Shown one piece after another: positions 9,625-18,500 of a stretch of 64,000 nucleotides of DNA. Every line of letters starts with the position of its first letter. Position 1 is the stretch's first letter. Made by a program: the position numbers and the translations under genes. This stretch comes from an uncultured Spirochaetota bacterium (GTDB lineage Bacteria > Spirochaetota > Spirochaetia > SZUA-6 > Fen-1364): contig CAWGAA010000001.1 in assembly GCA_963820525.1 (NCBI GenBank), positions 1,920,001 through 1,984,000 on the forward strand, given 5' to 3'. The notes beneath the pieces were generated by a model, which was not told the origin of the DNA, searched no databases, and saw only the letters and a list, made by a program, of their open reading frames with translations.

Positions 9625-11142
9625 TCATTTCCTCCGGCCGGCGCGCCGTGCTTTAGCGGCCGGCTTTTTAGCGTCTAGGGCCTTGTTCACGGTGGGCGCC
9701 CCGGCACGCTTCACCCCCCCAGTCTTTTTCGCGGCCGCGGCCTTCGCGCCTTCCGTCTTCTTCGCGGGCGCTGGTTTCTTTCCGACCTCCGGCCTCGCTC
9801 CGATCCTTTCCAGGGCGCCGGCCAGCCGGTCGATATCGGCCTTCGTGACCGTCTCCGTGCAACAGACGAGCATGTGCCCGGAAAGCTCGGGATAATCGAC
9901 GCCGAGGTCGAAGCCGCCGATGATTCCCTCCTCGTCGATCAGCCGTTTGTTGATCTCCCCAACGCTCCGCGGGCAGCGCACGGCGAACTCGTGGAAGAAC
10001 GCCCCGTCGCGAACCGAAAAGCCGGGGATTCCGGCTATCCGCTCCGCGGCATAATGGGCCTTCTGGTAGCACAGATCGGCCGCGCGGGCGAGGCCGCGGG
10101 GTCCCAGCGCCGCCAGGTAAGCCGCTGCGGCGAGCGCGTTCAGGGATTGGTTGGTGCAGATGTTCGAGGTTGCCTTCTCCCGCCTGATGTGCTGCTCCCG
10201 CGTGTTGAGGGTGAACACGAACCCGCGAACGCCGCCCGAGTCCACCGTCTCTCCGGCAATACGGCCGCTGGACCTTCTGATATGCTCTCTGCGGAAGGCG
10301 AAAAAGCCGAGGTAGGGGCCCCCAAAGGAGAGGGAGTTGCCGAGGGCCTGCCCCTCGCCCACCGCGATGTCGGCTCCACAGGAGCCGGGAGGCACCAGCA
10401 GACCCAGGGCGACCGGGTTCGCCGCGACCACGAGGAGGGCCCCGCATGCGTGAACCTTTTCGGCAAGGGCGCCGAGGCGCCGCGGCTCGATCACCCGCCC
10501 GAGGAAGTCCGGGCTCTGGACCACGACGCAGGCCGTGGAGGCATCGCACAGCGCGACGAGCCCCTCCACGTCCCTTTGCACGCTCTCGTCACCCTCGATC
10601 GCGAGCTTCATCCCCTGCGTATAAGTGCGAACCACCTGCCGGTACTGGGGATGCACGCCGGCCGAGAGGAGGACCCTCTTCCTCCGGCGCTGAGCGACGT
10701 TGAGCGCCATGACCACGGCTTCAGCCGTGGAGGTGGCCCCGTCGTAGTGGGAAGCGTTCGCCGCGTCCATGCCGGTCAGCCGCGAAATCATCGTCTGATA
10801 CTCGAATATCGCCTGCAGGGTTCCCTGGCTGATCTCGGGCTGGTACGGGGTATAGGCGGTGGCGAACTCCGAGCGGGAAATCACCATGTCCACCACGCTG
10901 GGAATGAAGTGGCGGTAGGCGCCCGCACCGAGGAAGCAGGGCGAGTGGGGGGATACCGTGTTCATCCCGGAAAGCCGATCCAGCTCTCTCAGGGCCTCCA
11001 GCTCGGAAAGCGCCGGAGGGAGATCGAGAGCGGGGAAGCGGAAGCGCTCAGGAACGTCCCGGAAGAGATCCTCCAGGGAAGCGGCTCCGACTGCTTCGAG
11101 CATCTGGGCGCGGTCGGAGTCCGTGTTGGGAATGAAGCTCAT
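9625..11142 (-). CDS. gcvPA: Glycine dehydrogenase subunit 1 (with Lys/Ala-rich C-terminal tail)
   Basis: Start MSFIPNT at 11142 overlaps the gcvH stop (ATGA); TAYTPYQPEISQG, REQHIRREKATSNICTN. Confidence 0.95.
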   Translation of the reverse strand: MSFIPNTDSDRAQMLEAVGAASLEDLFRDVPERFRFPALDLPPALSELEALRELDRLSGMNTVSPHSPCFLGAGAYRHFIPSVVDMVISRSEFATAYTPYQPEISQGTLQAIFEYQTMISRLTGMDAANASHYDGATSTAEAVVMALNVAQRRRKRVLLSAGVHPQYRQVVRTYTQGMKLAIEGDESVQRDVEGLVALCDASTACVVVQSPDFLGRVIEPRRLGALAEKVHACGALLVVAANPVALGLLVPPGSCGADIAVGEGQALGNSLSFGGPYLGFFAFRREHIRRSSGRIAGETVDSGGVRGFVFTLNTREQHIRREKATSNICTNQSLNALAAAAYLAALGPRGLARAADLCYQKAHYAAERIAGIPGFSVRDGAFFHEFAVRCPRSVGEINKRLIDEEGIIGGFDLGVDYPELSGHMLVCCTETVTKADIDRLAGALERIGARPEVGKKPAPAKKTEGAKAAAAKKTGGVKRAGAPTVNKALDAKKPAAKARRAGRRK

Positions 11143-11528
11143 AGGGTATCCAGGTAGGCCTTGTAGGCAGCCGCGTCCATCAGGGAATCGAGCTCCCTCG
11201 GGTCCGATACGGTGATGCGGACGAGCCATCCCTCGCCGAAGGGATCCTGGTTCACCAGCTCGGGGTTGGAGTCGAGCTTCTGGTTCACCGAGGCGACGGT
11301 GCCGGACACGGGGGCGAAGACATCCTCGGCCGCCTTCACGGATTCGATCACCAGGAACGTGGAGTCCTTCTTCACCGGCTTTCCCGCCGCGGGGAGCTCC
11401 ACGAAGACCACGTCGGAGAGCTTGTCCTGGGCGTAATCGCTGACCCCGACCACGGCCTCTCCTCCCTCCAGCCTGACCCACTCGTGGGTCTTGGAGTAGC
11501 GCGCCTTCTCATCCACCTTGAACGCCAT
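11139..11528 (-). CDS. gcvH: Glycine cleavage system H protein
   Basis: YSKTHEW, ESVKAA lipoyl-lysine motif, NQDPFGEGW. Confidence 0.95.
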   Translation of the reverse strand: MAFKVDEKARYSKTHEWVRLEGGEAVVGVSDYAQDKLSDVVFVELPAAGKPVKKDSTFLVIESVKAAEDVFAPVSGTVASVNQKLDSNPELVNQDPFGEGWLVRITVSDPRELDSLMDAAAYKAYLDTL

Positions 11529-11569
11529 GCGTCACCTCCTTGGCGAACCCTGGGGCGGCGGCCGTTCGC

Positions 11570-12793
11570 TCAGGAACGGCGGGAGCCCCCCCAGTGGGGC
11601 GAGCGGTAGAACGGCCGCTCGACGATCCGCGCCGCCTTCGGCGCCCCCCGAATGACGACGTCCACCTCTTGTCCGATCCCGGCGAACGCCCCTTCCACGT
11701 ATCCCATGCCGAGGTACCGTCCCGTACCCGGGCTGAAAAGCCCCGTCGTCACGAAGCCGATCTCCCGCCCCCCTGACGCGATGGGATAGCCCTGCCGGGG
11801 GACCGCCGTTTCGGTCATCTCCAGCCCCGCCAGTTTCCTGGCGGGAGGGTTTCTGGAAAGAGCGGTGAGCGCCTGCCTGCCGATAAAATCATGGCCGTCG
11901 AGACGCACCGCCGCCCCGGCAAGCCCGGCGGCGTACGGGTCTTTGTTCTCGTCTATCTCGTGGCCGTACAGAGGGAGGCATGCCTCCGCGCGGAGCGAGT
12001 CGCGCGCTGCAAGCCCGCAGGGGATGAGCCTGCGCGGTGCGCCGGCGGAGAGGATCTTACGCCAGACCTCCTCGGCATGCGCCGCAGGGACCATGATCTC
12101 CACGCCGGGCTCTCCCGTATAGCCTGAGGTGCAGACGATGCAGGGGACCTCCGAGACAGGGCATATCGTGATGCTGTGATGCCCCACGGAGGAAAGGTCG
12201 GCGTCCGTCAGGCCGCCGAGGATGGCGCGCGCCTCGGGACCCTGGAGGGCGACCATGCAGGTTTCATCCGAGACGTCGCGCACCTCCGCGCCGAAGCGCC
12301 GGGCATGACCGTGCATCCACGCCAGGTCCTTGTCCCTGTTTCCCGCGTTGACGACGACGAGCCACTCCGCTGGGGCGGCGGCTGACAAAGCGGCGGGCAC
12401 GCGCGCGTCATCGGGTGTGTCCGACCGGGCACCCCCCGACGCGCCCGGCCCGGCCGGCGCTCCCGTGCCCATTCGATAGATGAAGATGTCGTCGATCACC
12501 CCGCCGGCGTCGTTGCAGAGCATAGAGTAATGGGCTCGCCCCGGGCCGATTCTCGCCGCGTCCCAGGTCTGGATGTATTGAAGGAAGTCGAGCGCTCCCT
12601 TTCCCACCACGGCGAAGCGACCCATGTGGTCGATGTCGAAGAGCCCCGCGGCGCTGCGCACCCGAAGGTGCTCTTCCTTGGGCCCGGTGGGATAGAGAAC
12701 CGGCATGTCCCAGCCGCTGAACTCCACCATCCGCGCGCCTGCGTCGATGTGCCAGCCGTGAAGCTTCGTTTTCCTCAAGGAACTTGCACCCAT
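11570..12793 (-). CDS. gcvT: Glycine cleavage system aminomethyltransferase T
   Basis: FSGWDMP, GLFDIDHMG, GYTGEPG, ARDSLRAEA; likely start ATG 12793. Confidence 0.93.
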   Translation of the reverse strand: MGASSLRKTKLHGWHIDAGARMVEFSGWDMPVLYPTGPKEEHLRVRSAAGLFDIDHMGRFAVVGKGALDFLQYIQTWDAARIGPGRAHYSMLCNDAGGVIDDIFIYRMGTGAPAGPGASGGARSDTPDDARVPAALSAAAPAEWLVVVNAGNRDKDLAWMHGHARRFGAEVRDVSDETCMVALQGPEARAILGGLTDADLSSVGHHSITICPVSEVPCIVCTSGYTGEPGVEIMVPAAHAEEVWRKILSAGAPRRLIPCGLAARDSLRAEACLPLYGHEIDENKDPYAAGLAGAAVRLDGHDFIGRQALTALSRNPPARKLAGLEMTETAVPRQGYPIASGGREIGFVTTGLFSPGTGRYLGMGYVEGAFAGIGQEVDVVIRGAPKAARIVERPFYRSPHWGGSRRS

Positions 12794-12803
12794 GCCCTCT
12801 CCC

Positions 12804-12846
12804 AAAAGAAAAAGAGGGAACGGAAATGTCCTTTCCCGTTCCCTCT
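12804..12846 (-). terminator. Intrinsic terminator (riboswitch expression platform) upstream of gcvT
   Basis: Minus strand AGAGGGAACGGGAAA-GGACA-TTTCCGTTCCCTCT followed by TTTTCTTTT. Confidence 0.8.
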
Positions 12847-12996
12847 CTGTCATAGGCCTTCCCGAGGCGGTTTTCCAGAGTGCCGTCCCGGCGCGATCCT
12901 TTTGCCTGAGAGTTTGGCCCCCGCCGTCCCGGCGGACAAGGCCTTGCACCTTCGGCGGCCCCCGAAGGCTCGCTCCAGGGGCTCTCTCGCGCGCCG
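12845..12996 (-). ncRNA. Glycine riboswitch (single aptamer plus ghost aptamer)
   Basis: Minus strand GCGAGAGAG...GCCGAAGGTGCAA...AAACTCTCAGGCAAAAGGATCGCGC, then CTCTGGAAA...GACAGAG; directly upstream of gcvT. Confidence 0.9.
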
Positions 12997-13019
12997 ATCC
13001 TCCGGCGTCTTTCCCCGTC

Positions 13020-13048
13020 ATTCTGTCAGCCGCAGGGGCGAAAGTCAA
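13020..13048 (-). promoter_or_regulatory. Putative sigma70 promoter of the gcv operon
   Basis: TTGACT-N17-CAGAAT with extended TG, just upstream of the riboswitch. Confidence 0.5.
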
Positions 13049-13135
13049 TACGCATCTGCCGTCCCGGCAAGGCCGTCACAGGGAAAGCGGGCCGCCCTTG
13101 AGGCGCAATAGTACAGCGCCTGGGCGCTTTGGACC

Positions 13136-15502
13136 TCACTCCACCGTGATGAGGATCTCTTTTGTGCGTACGCCGGGACCGGGGATGACTGCCTGGATCC
13201 TGTGTCTTCCCCTGGAGAGCGGAAGCCGAAGCGCATAGGGGAAGGCGGCTTTGCCCAACAGCCCGCCGTCCACGTACCACGAGACCTCGCGTACCCGCGG
13301 CCGGACTTCGACCTGCAAAGGCAGGCTCTGGAACTTCTGCGGCGTGTCGGGGTCCATAAGGTAGCGGGCTCCGTCCTCGGGGTACGTGACGCGAAGCTCG
13401 AGTCGGCCGCCGAACGGAGAATCGTCGGCCGGAGAGCTGAAGCCGTGCTGGGCGCCCCAGAGGGCGTAGATGGGCGGAAGGATGGTGAAGGGACGCACCG
13501 CGACGCGGGATGGCGGGGTGGCATTGGTGGCCACGCTCCCGTCGCGGGCATCGACCACGAAGCGCTTGTGGACGGCGCAGAATGCGCGGGGTACTTCGGA
13601 GGGGCGGAACCATTCCACGGTGGTTGACGGGCAATCGGGGCCCGCCTCGTCGCCCGACATCGCGCAGACGGACACGGGAAGCGTTCCGTCGGGAGGGGGG
13701 AAGGGTACCGCGTCTATCCCCTCCTTCTGGAGGGGGTGGAGAAAGCGCACGATCTCTCCGGCATAGACGGCGGAAACCACGCCGGCCACGCGGTTCATGG
13801 GCCGGTTGTCGGGGTTTCCCATCCACAGCCCCACGATGTAGCGGGACGTGAAGGCCACGGTCCACGCGTCGCGGAAGCCCTGGCTGGTGCCCGTCTTGAT
13901 TGCCACGGGGAAGGGGAACTCCAGGGCGCTCATCCGGGGAAACGACGGAAGCCGGGCGATGTCGTCGGAGAGGAAGAGCGACACCTCGCGCGCGGCGTAC
14001 GGCGAGAAGACCTGGGCCTCGGTCCGGGACCCTCCGTCGGCCCGGAGCCAGCGTAGGGAGAACTCCCTGCCGTCGTTAGCCAGGGGCCCGTAGGCGGCCA
14101 CCAGGTCCGCCAGGGTGACGTAGATCCCGCCGATTGCCAGGCCATAGCCATAAAAAGATGCCGGCCTTCCCGCCCTCTCCAGCCCGAGGAGGCGGGCCAG
14201 ATCGGCGAAATCCTCCATGCCCACGCCCTCCAGGACCCTCAGGGCGGGAACGTTCCTGCTGTTTGCGAGCGCTCTCCTGTAGAGCATGGGGCCCAGGTAG
14301 GCCTCGTCGAAGTTCGCGGCGCGGTACTCGCCGCGGGAGCTCAAGACCGCGAACGGCAGGTCCGCCAGGATGGAGCCGGGGGTGAAGGTTCCCCTGTCGA
14401 GCCCTTCGGCGAAGAGGAAGGGCTTGAGGATGCTTCCCGAAGACCGCGGGGTATCGGCATAGTCGATAGCGCCGGAATGCTCCCGGTCGTAGAACGCGGA
14501 GGATCCGATATAGCCCAGCACTTCTCCCGTTCTGCGGTCCGCCACGATGATTGCGATGTTCTGGGCGTCCAACCGGCGGTTCTCGGCCAGGGCCCTCTCC
14601 GCCACGCCCTGGATGTAGTCCTGGATGACGGGGTCCATGCTCGCCCGAAGCGGCCGGGCGTACGCGCTCGGGCCGCCGGCCTTCACCTCTTGGAGAAGGC
14701 GCAGGATGTAATGGTAGCTGTTTCCCGGGCGGTCTTCGCGCTCGGGCAGGGGCATCGTTTCAAGCTGGCTCAACGCGGAACGGTACTCATCCTGCTCGAT
14801 CTGACCGCGGGAGAACAGCAGGCGAAGGATGAGGCGGGCCCGCCTCTTGGCCAGCTCGAGCCCCTGGTAATTGAAGACGTTCATCCTGCCGGGCTCCCGC
14901 GGAAGGCTTGCCAGGATGGCGGACTCTGCCAGGCTTGCGTCCAAGAGCGGCTTCCTGAAAAACCTGCGCGCCGCATAGGCGACCCCGTGGATCTGGTTTC
15001 CCTGGGGCACGATCTTCAGGTAATGGCGAAGCACCCGCTCGTGTCCGAACTTGGCGATCAGAAAGAAGGCCGTGCTCGCCTCCAGGACCTTTGCCGTCAT
15101 GGCCCGGGAGGCCGGATACTCCATGCGCGCCACCTGCATGGCAATGGTGGATGCGCCCTGGCGCCTGCCGCCTGCGGAGTTGTTGAGAATGGACCGGGCA
15201 ATCGAGCGGACGTCGACGCCGGGGTGAGCGTAGAAGCGGCGGTCCTCGATCGCGGTGAGGCAGAGGGCCATGCGCGGGTTGAGAGGGCCCTCGACGTCCC
15301 AATAGCCCAGGCTCCTGTACTGGTTTTCACCCTCGGTGAGGAAGTTGCCCGCGCGGTCCTCGATGATGGGCGTAGGCGGCGGAGAGAAGAGCTCGGCGCG
15401 CTGCCAGCCGATGGCAAGGAAAGCGCCCAGCAGGCTCACAAGCCACGTGGAGGCGAAAAAGGCGATTCTCCCGGCGCGCGCCTTTGAAAGCGAAAGCTTC
15501 AT
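13136..15502 (-). CDS. pbpC: Penicillin-binding protein 1C
   Basis: Transglycosylase EDRRF and QGASTIAMQ, transpeptidase SILK and KTG, PBP1C C-terminal domain; downstream of alpha-2-macroglobulin. Confidence 0.9.
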   Translation of the reverse strand: MKLSLSKARAGRIAFFASTWLVSLLGAFLAIGWQRAELFSPPPTPIIEDRAGNFLTEGENQYRSLGYWDVEGPLNPRMALCLTAIEDRRFYAHPGVDVRSIARSILNNSAGGRRQGASTIAMQVARMEYPASRAMTAKVLEASTAFFLIAKFGHERVLRHYLKIVPQGNQIHGVAYAARRFFRKPLLDASLAESAILASLPREPGRMNVFNYQGLELAKRRARLILRLLFSRGQIEQDEYRSALSQLETMPLPEREDRPGNSYHYILRLLQEVKAGGPSAYARPLRASMDPVIQDYIQGVAERALAENRRLDAQNIAIIVADRRTGEVLGYIGSSAFYDREHSGAIDYADTPRSSGSILKPFLFAEGLDRGTFTPGSILADLPFAVLSSRGEYRAANFDEAYLGPMLYRRALANSRNVPALRVLEGVGMEDFADLARLLGLERAGRPASFYGYGLAIGGIYVTLADLVAAYGPLANDGREFSLRWLRADGGSRTEAQVFSPYAAREVSLFLSDDIARLPSFPRMSALEFPFPVAIKTGTSQGFRDAWTVAFTSRYIVGLWMGNPDNRPMNRVAGVVSAVYAGEIVRFLHPLQKEGIDAVPFPPPDGTLPVSVCAMSGDEAGPDCPSTTVEWFRPSEVPRAFCAVHKRFVVDARDGSVATNATPPSRVAVRPFTILPPIYALWGAQHGFSSPADDSPFGGRLELRVTYPEDGARYLMDPDTPQKFQSLPLQVEVRPRVREVSWYVDGGLLGKAAFPYALRLPLSRGRHRIQAVIPGPGVRTKEILITVE

Positions 15503-18500
15503 TTGCCGGCTTCAGGCAGTACCCTGACCTCCGTGCCGTCCGAGCGCCCCTGGACGGACAGCTTGTACATGAGCTCGGCCTTTGCCGAAGGCTCGGTGAA
15601 GGATCCGCTGAAGCTCGCCCGCACCCGGAAGTAGAAGTTGTAGGTGCCCTTGGGAAGGCTGTCGTAATAGAATACGACCTTGTCGTCGGCGTACAGCGAG
15701 TAGGTGGGCGCGAGGGTGAGGCTGCCGGACGGAGCGGCCTCCTTGGGCGCGCCGGCAAGCTGAGGGTTCAGCGGCTCGAACCCCGAGGAGATCGGGACCG
15801 AGACCGCCACGAAGTTCCTGTCCTCGAAGTTGACCACGGTCACGTGCTCTTCGACCACCGTGTCGAGGGGAAGCTCTATTGCCTTTCCCGCCGCGGCCCG
15901 CGTCTTGGATGCCGGATTCCCCTCGTTTCCAATGACGATAAGCTCGCGGTCCACGGAGAAGCCCGCGTTCTCCGCCTTGACCTGGGAGCCGCGCGCAGCC
16001 GGCACGTAGTCGGTGTACATGAGAAGGGAGAGCGGCCGGCCGGGGCTCGCGCCCTTTCGGACGTTCACCGTGGCCGGGCCGGTCACGTCCAGGGAGAACA
16101 CGGCAAGCGCCTTTCCGCCGGTTGAAAGCTGCCGCTTTCCCGAAGAGGAGGAAACTTCAAGGAGCGCGTCTTCGGATGCCGATGTCGTGAGCACCGTTTT
16201 CAAGGCGCGCATGGCGGAAACGTTGTCCTGAGTGTTTCCCCAGCCTTGATCGTCGGATTGCGATACAAGGTAGTCGGTGAGGAGCCTCAGCTTTGGAGAC
16301 CTCGGGTCCATCCTGTACAGCGCATCGATGCACGCGCCCACGTCCCGAACGGGGCTCGCAAGCACGATCCCGCCCCACCAGGAGCGCTGATCCGTCTGGA
16401 ACCCGGCAAAGATCTCGCGGCCCGCCTCGCGCTTCGTCACGACGGCGGACTTGAGCCGGTCTGCAAGCTGGACGGCATTGCGGGTGGAGGCGAGGCGCCT
16501 GCGTTGAAGGACCGAGTACAGCCTCGCCTGGCTGTAGAGGGGCAGGCCCTGGGAGCTTGCCAGAAGCTCGTTCGCGTACGCCTGGTCGAAGCCGCCCGCC
16601 GCGTCAAGCGCGCACAGTGCCTCGACCCGCTCGTAGCTGGTCCATCCGGAAAGGAGCCTTCTGTAATCGGATCGGAGCGCGGCCCGGAGGGCCGAAGACG
16701 CCTTGTCCATCATCCGCGCGTCAAAGGGGATCTTTGCGTCCCGGCACGCCACGAGGAACTCCACGGCGTAGGCAGTGAGGCTCACGTAGCCGGTGGAGCC
16801 CGGCCAGTAGCCGAAAAGCCCATCCTCGTCCTGGCACGACGCCAAGTAGGCGAAGAGGTTCCTCATCGCCATTTCGTTCACGGGGTAGTATTGGGGAATG
16901 CCCGAGGATTCCAGCAGGTCCTTGAGCATAACGGCGGGATAGAGCTTTGACACACGCTGCTCGAGACATCCGTGAACGTACCCCGTGAGGTAGTTCAGCC
17001 CTTCCAGGATTGAAAGGAGGCGCGGATCTCTGGCCGCTATTATAGTGCGAGACACGGTGCCTGAGCGGACGGGCTCTTTTGGATCCGGAAGGGAGACGGG
17101 CTTGGAGCCGTCCGTGGTCTGAATGGCCGCGATGTGCCGGGAATCCACGTCGTTTCGCACGGGAAGCTCGATCCTGAAGGCGTCGCGCGCCTTATCCGAG
17201 TTTCTCTGCACGTAGAGGCTCACCGCGACGTTTGATCCCTCCTTTTCCTGGAGGGTATCGGGAACGCGCATGGGGAAGAGCAGCCGCTCCGCCTTCCTGC
17301 CGTTGAAGGTGAGCTCCCGGACGGCCTGCGCGGGTCCTTCCCGTCGAGCGTGAGGCCCTCCACTTTGATTCCGGCCAGTCCCGGCCCATCGGGTCCCTCC
17401 ACAACCCTGCCGATTCCGCCGGCGTTGAAGGAGTCCCGGGGCCGCACGAATCGCGGCAGGGCCGACTGGGCGATCACGGGCAGGCGGACAGACACCATGG
17501 AGCGGGCCGCTCCCAGCCTGTCGTAGCCCGAGGTTGCCACGGCGCGGATGGCGAAATCGGTGAGATTGTCGGGCAGGCTCACCTCGATCTCGGCGCTTCC
17601 GCCCTTGATCGCGATCGAGGGATTGAAATAGGGCACTGTCTTGAAGTTCTTCCGCACCGTGACGCGGTCGAAAAGCTCCCTTGCCATCTCTGCGCTCATC
17701 ATCCCGTCGCCGCCGGGGATCTCCTCGATGGGGAGGTTTCCGAAGGTGAGGTTTCGGGTATCGCGGATGCTGATGAAGCTCTTCTGCGCCTCGATGAAGG
17801 GCGAAAGCGGGTCCAGCGGAAGCTCGGTGCCCAGCGCGAGGACCGCCTTGTCAACCAGCCACAGGGCAGCTTCTCCGTCAACCGGATTTCCCTTCCAATC
17901 GGATGCCGAGATGCGGATCTTCAGAGTCGTTCCCGGCTGCCGCTTGGGCTCGTGCTCCAGCGCCACGGTGAGCTGGTTTGCGGCGGGTTGGACCGCCAGG
18001 CGGATGGAGGCGCCCAGGGTCGCGGGCTTGCCAAGATCCAGCTTTTCGGCCGCCTTGCCCGTGCCCGCCACGCGCCCACGCTCCAGGAGCACGCCGATGG
18101 GCAGGCTCGGCGCCATGTTGTCCTGGATGGCAATCGAATAGATCCCCTGCCCGCCTGAAATCTTCACCCAATCGAAGCGGTTGGACTCCGGGCCTTCGAC
18201 GACGACCAGGGCATACCCTTCCTGGTACGGGCTCTTGAGGAGCAGCTTCGCGGTCATACCAGGCTGGTAGCTTCTCTTGTCCGGGGTGATCTCGAAGATG
18301 CTCTCCTTCTTCTTCTCCCAGCTCACGGGAGTGCCGCCGGCAACGAAGAGGTCGGACTTCACCAGGAGCTGCCGGCCCATGTAATCCCTCGCGAACGCCT
18401 CAACGATATAGACCCCCGCTTCGCTCACGCTGAAGGAGGGGCTCACCGTATCCGTTGTTGAAACGATGGACTGCTCGCCCATCGGCGTATCCACCACGTC

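Noticed and set aside
11143..11481. N-terminal extensions in the ORF track for gcvPA, gcvT, uppP, osmC, ybaK and the methyltransferase
   Set aside because: They overlap neighbouring genes or the riboswitch; internal starts with RBS or stop-start overlaps fit better.
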